Below are positions 58,709 through 64,000 of a stretch of DNA of 64,000 nucleotides, in pieces. The stretch lies in contig WLWZ01000016.1 in assembly GCA_012103315.1 (NCBI GenBank), forward strand, positions 6,288 to 70,287, in the 5' to 3' direction. The notes under the pieces were generated by a model that saw only the letters and a list, made by a program, of their open reading frames with translations, was not told the origin of the DNA and ran no database searches. Every line of letters begins with the position of its first letter. Positions within the stretch are counted from its first letter, which is position 1. Both the position numbers and the translations under genes were made by a program. This DNA is from Alphaproteobacteria bacterium (GTDB lineage: Bacteria; Pseudomonadota; Alphaproteobacteria; MPNO01; UBA2964).

Positions 58709-59632
58709 TTAAGAGGGGGCCTCCGAGGATGCTTTGTTGACCTCTTTGTCTTCTGCCTCCTTCTTGGTTAGCAGGACCGATGAGGCGACAATAACGATAC
58801 TGCCAATCCATACCCAAATTGCCGGCCACTCGTTAAACACCGCCAGCCCAATGAGGGCGGCTACTGGCAGCCGAATGAAGTCGAGCGTGATGACCACAGT
58901 TGCATCAGCGGCATGGAAAGAACGTGCTAGAGCGCGTTGGGTCAGCGCCCCAAAGGCACCGATGAGAAGCAGCCAAGCGAATTGCTCCATAGTCGGCGTT
59001 TTCCAGACGAAGACGGCGACTGCTAACGCATAAGGCGCGACAAACACCGCCTGGTATATGGCTATGCTATCTGGATGCTCTGTCCGAGACAGATACTTGA
59101 TCATGATGGAATTGCAGACGCTGAGCAGAACGGCTGTCACGGCAAACAGGATGCCGGGATTCATTTCCTGAAAGCCGGGACGGACAACGATCAACGCGCC
59201 AACGACGCCAATGGCGATGGCAATCCAGCGCCGCGAGCGGGCCAGTTCACCGAGGATCAGGATCGCAGCGATACAAGCAAAGACGGGGCGGGTAAAGCCG
59301 ATGGCGGCGATATCACCGAGCGGAATATAGGTCGCTGCGAGAAAGAAGAAAGTCACGCTGAGATAGGCTGAAACACCACGGATGGCGTACATCGGAATTT
59401 TGTTGGTTCGGAGCCGTGCGCCACCATTGGCAAAGGCGGTCGGCAGCAGGAACATCAACCCAAAAATTGCTCGGAAGAAGACGACGACAAGAATCGACAA
59501 TTCTGGCGATAGCGTACGGGCGATGGTCATCATGCTGGTGAAACACGCACCGGCACAGGTGATCCAGAACCCCGCGCGGATCGCACCCGGCAAGGAATCG
59601 AACCACACGCCAAGGGGTTGGAAAATCTGCAT
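58709..59632 (-). CDS. DMT superfamily (EamA-like) transporter
   Basis: 307 aa; roughly 10 predicted TM helices in a duplicated EamA-like arrangement. Confidence 0.7.
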   Translation of the reverse strand: MQIFQPLGVWFDSLPGAIRAGFWITCAGACFTSMMTIARTLSPELSILVVVFFRAIFGLMFLLPTAFANGGARLRTNKIPMYAIRGVSAYLSVTFFFLAATYIPLGDIAAIGFTRPVFACIAAILILGELARSRRWIAIAIGVVGALIVVRPGFQEMNPGILFAVTAVLLSVCNSIMIKYLSRTEHPDSIAIYQAVFVAPYALAVAVFVWKTPTMEQFAWLLLIGAFGALTQRALARSFHAADATVVITLDFIRLPVAALIGLAVFNEWPAIWVWIGSIVIVASSVLLTKKEAEDKEVNKASSEAPS

Positions 59633-59684
59633 GGTTCGTTATAGGTGGCGGTGAAGAACGGCGCTAGGGCGCAAGGTAGAATAA

Positions 59685-60116
59685 ATGGCTGTTCAGGATA
59701 TTCAGATCGGACAGGTTGTGATCCCGGCGGATACGCTGGTGTTCAACTATATCCGGGCGTCTGGCCCTGGCGGGCAGAACGTTAATAAGGTGTCGTCAGC
59801 CGCGCAGTTGCGTTTCGATGCAGCAAATTGCCCATCGATTCCAACGGATGTTTTTACGCGGCTGCGTGGGATAGCGGGACAACGCATGACCCAGGCAGGC
59901 GTAATTGTAATTACGGCCCAACGTTTCCGATCACAGGAGCGCAATCGCGAAGATGCTATCGCGCGTCTCTCTGAAATGCTCCGCGCTGCGATCCATCGCC
60001 AGAAATTCCGTCGACCGACGCGTATTGGCAAGGGTGTGAAGAAACGACGTCTTGATAGCAAACGTCGTCATAGCAATATCAAAAAGAACAGGGGCCGGGT
60101 GCGGGGCGATGATTGA
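59685..60116 (+). CDS. arfB: Alternative ribosome-rescue factor ArfB (peptidyl-tRNA hydrolase, GGQ family)
   Basis: 143 aa; GPGGQNVNKVSSA motif and a basic C-terminal tail. Confidence 0.85.
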   Translation: MAVQDIQIGQVVIPADTLVFNYIRASGPGGQNVNKVSSAAQLRFDAANCPSIPTDVFTRLRGIAGQRMTQAGVIVITAQRFRSQERNREDAIARLSEMLRAAIHRQKFRRPTRIGKGVKKRRLDSKRRHSNIKKNRGRVRGDD

Positions 60117-60168
60117 TCTGTTCAATTATTTCCGGCAGCATCTGTTTTGAAATTCTGGAGTAAGAGAC

Positions 60169-60579
60169 ATGACCGACAAAATCGAAAAAACTGACGACGA
60201 ATGGCGCGCAGAGCTGACGCCGGAACAGTTTCACGTTTGCCGCGAAGCCGGAACAGAACGGCCCTTTAGCGGTAAATATAATGATTTCAAGGGCGTCGGA
60301 ACTTTTAACTGCTCGTGTTGTGGCAATCCCTTGTTTGACTCCGAAACCAAGTTCAATTCCGGTACCGGGTGGCCGAGTTTTTTTGCGCCTTTATCAAAGG
60401 GTGCTGTTAAATTGAAGGATGACTGGGCAATGTTTATGAAGCGCACGGAAGTGATCTGTGCGAAGTGTGACGCTCATCTCGGGCATGTCTTTCCAGATGG
60501 ACCGGCGCCGACTCATCAACGCTTTTGCATGAACTCAGTGGCTCTTGATTTTCAGGATAAAGAAGACGCTGACGGGTAA
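60169..60579 (+). CDS. msrB: Peptide-methionine (R)-S-oxide reductase
   Basis: 136 aa; two CxxC motifs; catalytic RFCMNS. Confidence 0.9.
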   Translation: MTDKIEKTDDEWRAELTPEQFHVCREAGTERPFSGKYNDFKGVGTFNCSCCGNPLFDSETKFNSGTGWPSFFAPLSKGAVKLKDDWAMFMKRTEVICAKCDAHLGHVFPDGPAPTHQRFCMNSVALDFQDKEDADG

Positions 60580-60585
60580 CGGCGC

Positions 60586-61008
60586 TTAATACGCCTGATA
60601 GGATTTCTCTTCGGTAATAGCGGCACCAAGCAATTCGTTGATCTGGGATTTCAACTCAGCTCGCCGATCATTGGTTTTATAAACAGCGCGAGCGCAGGTG
60701 ACGAACCGCTTATTAAAATCGAGGTCTCGCTCGCGATCTCGAATTTCGTCTTCAATATCCCATAGCTTGACGTTGATCGCCTTGAGGTCAGTCGCTAACC
60801 GACTGAGTTCTGGGCTCTCGCCGATTGCCGCATCGCGTACCGCACACAAGGCTTCAAGTTCACGGCGGACATTCGTAAGTTTCATTTTGTCTTCAATGCG
60901 CTTTTCCTTGATTTCCAGGATGGAGATCTTGTCGATCAGCTCTCCGAGAGATATCTCCACCTGAACTGATTCAACATTCCGGATGTGGGGTCTGGGTTGC
61001 GCACTCAT
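60586..61008 (-). CDS. Hypothetical coiled-coil protein (140 aa), translationally coupled to the upstream TPR-GT9 gene
   Basis: The track ORF extends to 61164 inside the upstream gene. The internal ATG at 61008 overlaps the TPR-GT9 stop (ATGA). Sequence is charged and helical (ELIDKISILEIKEKRIEDK...). Confidence 0.45.
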   Translation of the reverse strand: MSAQPRPHIRNVESVQVEISLGELIDKISILEIKEKRIEDKMKLTNVRRELEALCAVRDAAIGESPELSRLATDLKAINVKLWDIEDEIRDRERDLDFNKRFVTCARAVYKTNDRRAELKSQINELLGAAITEEKSYQAY

Positions 61009-62615
61009 GAGCGTCGCTCCTTTAGGTCGTATGCCATTTTGTTGAAAACACTGGCCCAGTCGCCGTGCTGGGGCTGGCGGTAAAGCGTCATCGAAGGATA
61101 CCAAGGTGTCTCTGTGCCGCTGAGCCCCCAGCGCCAGTCGGGGACGAAGGCGAGGGCGAGCCAAGTTTCCACGCCCAAAGCGCCGCCGAGATGCGCCATT
61201 GCAGTATCAGAAGTGATCAATAAGTCGACGGATTTTAAAATTGCAGCGGAGTCGAGGAACGCGCCCTCTAGGTCGATATCATTGCCCAGGGAAACGACAT
61301 CGAATCCCCAAGGCTGGTTGCCGAGCCCCTTCGTTGCGTCGCCCTGTTGCAAGCTGATCAATCGAACATAGGGTAGCTCAGCAATGGGCGCAAAGGCTTC
61401 TAGCGGGACCGAACGGCTGGTATCAGCCCGGTAATCGGGATTACCCTGCCAGCAGATCGCTACTCGTTGTTTTCCATCTGATGGAAGACGTTCCTGCCAT
61501 TCAATGACACTGTATTCTTCCGCTGAGAGATATGCTCCAGTAGACGGAAAAAAGGGCTCTGCGGGTCCGATTAAATCAGGCAAAGACAGGAGCGGTGCTT
61601 GGAAATCGCAACGTGGTTTTTCCGCAACAGCAACGTGGTTTTCACTTGTCGGGAGACTGGAGAGCAGCGGTAGCAGTTTTTCCGGCACCTCAATGACGTA
61701 GTCAATGTCACTTTCGACGAACTGACTGAGATAACGACAAAACTGGATGGTATCGCCGAGCCCTTGTTCTGCATGAATCAAGAGTTTCCCGCCTTCGCGA
61801 CTGGTCCCGTTCCAACTTGGCTTGTCTTGATGCCGAATGGCAAACCCCGGCAGGGAGCGTCGCGCCTCATAGGCTGCCCAACCACTTTGATAGTCACCTA
61901 GGCTTAGGAGCAGGAGCGCCTCATTCCACAATATTTCGGGGTTTGCTGGCGCTAGCATCGCGGCGGCTGCAAGGGTTTTCCCGGCATCGGATAGGCGACC
62001 TATTTCCTTTTGGGCCGACGCTAGATTGATTTGCGCCTTTAGGTGATTTGGCGAGAGCTCAATTGTATGTTCATAAGAGGTGATGGCCGTATTCAGCTCA
62101 CCTTGAGCGAGATGAGCGTTGGCCTGATTGAAATGAAATTCTGGTTCCAAGGGATTGAGATCGATTGCCCGCGACAGAGCGCGGACCGCTTCTTCGTATT
62201 GCCTAGCCGCATTGAGTGCTGTCCCGAGGTTTGACCAAGCCGGCGCGGAGTCGGGCAACAGGCTGCAAACACGTCTTTGGCAAGCGATTGATTTGCCGTT
62301 ATTGCCCTGATTTTTGTATAAAAGTCCCATATCGCAAAGAATAGGGGCCGAATGTGGCGACAGTTCGGCTGCCTTCTCTATAAGCTGTAACGCCCGTTTA
62401 ATCCTTCCACGATCACGGGCGATGAGCGCTGCCTGATGATAGGTGTCGGGGTCGTCTGGGTAACGTTTTAAGGCGAGTTTGATTTGTTTTTCAGCTTTTT
62501 CGAGCTTGCCGTTCTGGCGTGCTTCTGCCGCTGCCAACAACGCCAGGTTCGAGGCAGGTGTTTGATTTACTTGAGTTTTACGTGTAGCTGTAGAAATTAC
62601 GAACTCTCCAGTCAA
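61005..62615 (-). CDS. TPR-repeat protein fused to a glycosyltransferase family 9 (heptosyltransferase-like) domain
   Basis: 536 aa. N-terminal TPR repeats of about 250 aa. The C-terminal half, RVAICWQGNPD...LLITSDTAMAHLGGALGVETWLAL, matches the GT9 fold. Confidence 0.7.
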   Translation of the reverse strand: MTGEFVISTATRKTQVNQTPASNLALLAAAEARQNGKLEKAEKQIKLALKRYPDDPDTYHQAALIARDRGRIKRALQLIEKAAELSPHSAPILCDMGLLYKNQGNNGKSIACQRRVCSLLPDSAPAWSNLGTALNAARQYEEAVRALSRAIDLNPLEPEFHFNQANAHLAQGELNTAITSYEHTIELSPNHLKAQINLASAQKEIGRLSDAGKTLAAAAMLAPANPEILWNEALLLLSLGDYQSGWAAYEARRSLPGFAIRHQDKPSWNGTSREGGKLLIHAEQGLGDTIQFCRYLSQFVESDIDYVIEVPEKLLPLLSSLPTSENHVAVAEKPRCDFQAPLLSLPDLIGPAEPFFPSTGAYLSAEEYSVIEWQERLPSDGKQRVAICWQGNPDYRADTSRSVPLEAFAPIAELPYVRLISLQQGDATKGLGNQPWGFDVVSLGNDIDLEGAFLDSAAILKSVDLLITSDTAMAHLGGALGVETWLALAFVPDWRWGLSGTETPWYPSMTLYRQPQHGDWASVFNKMAYDLKERRS

Positions 62616-62825
62616 CCGTCCTAATTTAACGGAACCGACGCTATAGAATATTGGTTGAAAAAGGGTTGAGGTTTATTGGTTGAAAACTCCAAAACCTATA
62701 AAGTAAATTAATGACACCGTTTATTCGTTTGTCGGAAAAAACGCCCAAGTTAAGTGAATTAAGGGCGTGTTTGATCCTCGAAACACCGGTATTGTCCGTC
62801 CATATCTTAAAAAGGGGGTTGGGCA

Positions 62826-63692
62826 ATGATTTTGGTTACTTGTGCAGGGGGTAAAACGGGCAAGGCGATTGTCAACGCGCTGGTCGCCAGCGGGCAGGCT
62901 GTACGAGCCATGGTCCGCAGCGAGACTTCAGCAAACAACATAAAGGCGATGGGCGTTGCAGAGACCGTAACGGGCGACCTTGCTAATGCCGAGGATGTTA
63001 TTCGTGCGACAAACGGCGTAGCCGTCGTTTACTACATCGCCCCCAACATGGATCCGAATGAACGTCTAAACGGCGATAACGTAATTGCCGCCTGCCAATC
63101 GGCAAATGTCTCGCGTCTGGTGTTTCACTCAGTCCTTCATACCCAGCTTGAAGCCTTGCCGCATCACTGGGAGCGCCATTTTGTCGAGCAGTCGATCGTG
63201 AATTCAAAGCTGTCATTCACAATTCTTCAGGTCGGGTCTTATATGCAAAACATGTTGCCAGCCTGGGAAAAAATGGTTGAAACCGGTGTTCACCGGATGG
63301 CTTATGACATTGATGCACCGATGAGCCTTGTCGATTTAAGTGATGTTGCGGAGGCTGCCGTGAAAGTCATCGCCGATGATGGCTATGCGAACGGTATGTT
63401 TGAAGTTGCGGGACCGGTGATCTCGCTTAATCAAAAAGTTGCTATCTTATCAAAGGTACTTGGCAAGGAGATCGTCGCCGAGAAGGAGCCGCTGGATGAC
63501 TTCCTGGATCATGGGAGAGCCATAGGCTTTAGCGACTTCACCTTGGCAACAATGGCAAAGATGTTCCCTTATTATGATGACCACGGGCTGGTCGGTAGCG
63601 ACAAGGCCCTTGGCTGGATTCTGGGGCGGGCACCGACAGATTTTGAAACTTTCGCCCGCAGAACTGCTGCAGCCCTAAATCAAGGCTCGTAA
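62826..63692 (+). CDS. NmrA-like NAD(P)-binding protein (atypical SDR)
   Basis: 288 aa; MILVTCAGGKTGKAIVNAL Rossmann motif. Confidence 0.75.
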   Translation: MILVTCAGGKTGKAIVNALVASGQAVRAMVRSETSANNIKAMGVAETVTGDLANAEDVIRATNGVAVVYYIAPNMDPNERLNGDNVIAACQSANVSRLVFHSVLHTQLEALPHHWERHFVEQSIVNSKLSFTILQVGSYMQNMLPAWEKMVETGVHRMAYDIDAPMSLVDLSDVAEAAVKVIADDGYANGMFEVAGPVISLNQKVAILSKVLGKEIVAEKEPLDDFLDHGRAIGFSDFTLATMAKMFPYYDDHGLVGSDKALGWILGRAPTDFETFARRTAAALNQGS

Positions 63693-64000
63693 ATCATCGC
63701 TTGAATGGGCTGACCGAACTCCGGTGCTGCTAAGTCAGGGCAAGCGCTGGCTGCGACGGCTAGATCCATCTCCGCCCGAAAATCGACATAGATTGGGTCT
63801 TTTGGTCGGTTAGGGGTGTGTTTGATCTCGCCAGACGCGGTATCGATATCGACATGCTGAAAAATATTAAGCGGGCTCGGGATTAATTCCGGCGGGACGT
63901 TCCAGGCGCTAAACCCATCAATGAGGTTTTCCCAGCAGCCGCGATGAGGCACAGCAATATCGTCTCCGTGATGATACTGGTTTAAGCGGCCTTCCTCCTT
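63680..64000 (-). CDS. Hypothetical protein, C-terminal part; the N-terminus lies beyond the window end
   Basis: The minus-strand open frame runs off the window edge. I did not recognise the family. Confidence 0.4.
   Translation of the reverse strand, partial: KEEGRLNQYHHGDDIAVPHRGCWENLIDGFSAWNVPPELIPSPLNIFQHVDIDTASGEIKHTPNRPKDPIYVDFRAEMDLAVAASACPDLAAPEFGQPIQAMIYEP

Noticed and set aside
60586-61164. Track ORF of 192 aa with an Arg/Pro-rich N-terminus (MARPRLRPRLALG...)
   Set aside because: The first 52 codons lie inside the TPR-GT9 coding region in another frame. The internal ATG overlapping the upstream stop (ATGA) is the more plausible start.
1-64000. CRISPR arrays, integrons, prophage or defence-island signatures
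   Set aside because: No short regularly spaced repeats, no integrase, recombinase, nuclease or ATPase clusters, and no phage structural genes were seen. The window is dominated by housekeeping genes.

Overview
This is a dense, housekeeping-rich chromosomal segment of roughly 50% GC, and the gene content and order point to an alphaproteobacterium. I called about 60 coding regions and one tRNA(CAT). Recognised genes include a partial nucleotide-sugar dehydrogenase, manB-like, a DacC-SPOR fusion, clpS-clpA, ridA, an NDUFA12-like protein, mlaD, aat, accBC-aroQ, an ornithine/lysine decarboxylase, maiA, a GGT-like protein, rne, amiC-like, mrcA, prfB with its conserved +1 frameshift, bolA, bcp, glnE, an AsmA-family protein, tyrS, anmK, an Rrf2-cysteine desulfurase-fdx-mnmA cluster, a DUF882/MepK-like protein, ispG, arfB and msrB. 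There are no CRISPR arrays, no obvious defence islands and no intact mobile elements. The most unusual items are: (1) an 874-aa homolog of class II B12-dependent ribonucleotide reductase (NrdJ) in which the catalytic NPCxE thiyl-radical motif appears replaced by DNGDF and the N-terminal active-site Cys region is lost, which would make it a candidate RNR-derived pseudoenzyme, tightly coupled to a small disordered ORF and a strong terminator; (2) three tandem, signal-peptide-less paralogs of the NMT1/THI5/SsuA periplasmic-binding-protein fold carrying an invariant CEWGNYC motif, sitting beside a LysR regulator and two alpha/beta hydrolases; (3) two paralogous tail-anchored small proteins flanking a PAS_5-type protein; (4) an IS200/Y1-transposase-like protein fused to a DnaA-C-like HTH with no room for IS ends, so apparently domesticated; (5) a TPR-GT9 glycosyltransferase translationally coupled to a small coiled-coil protein.
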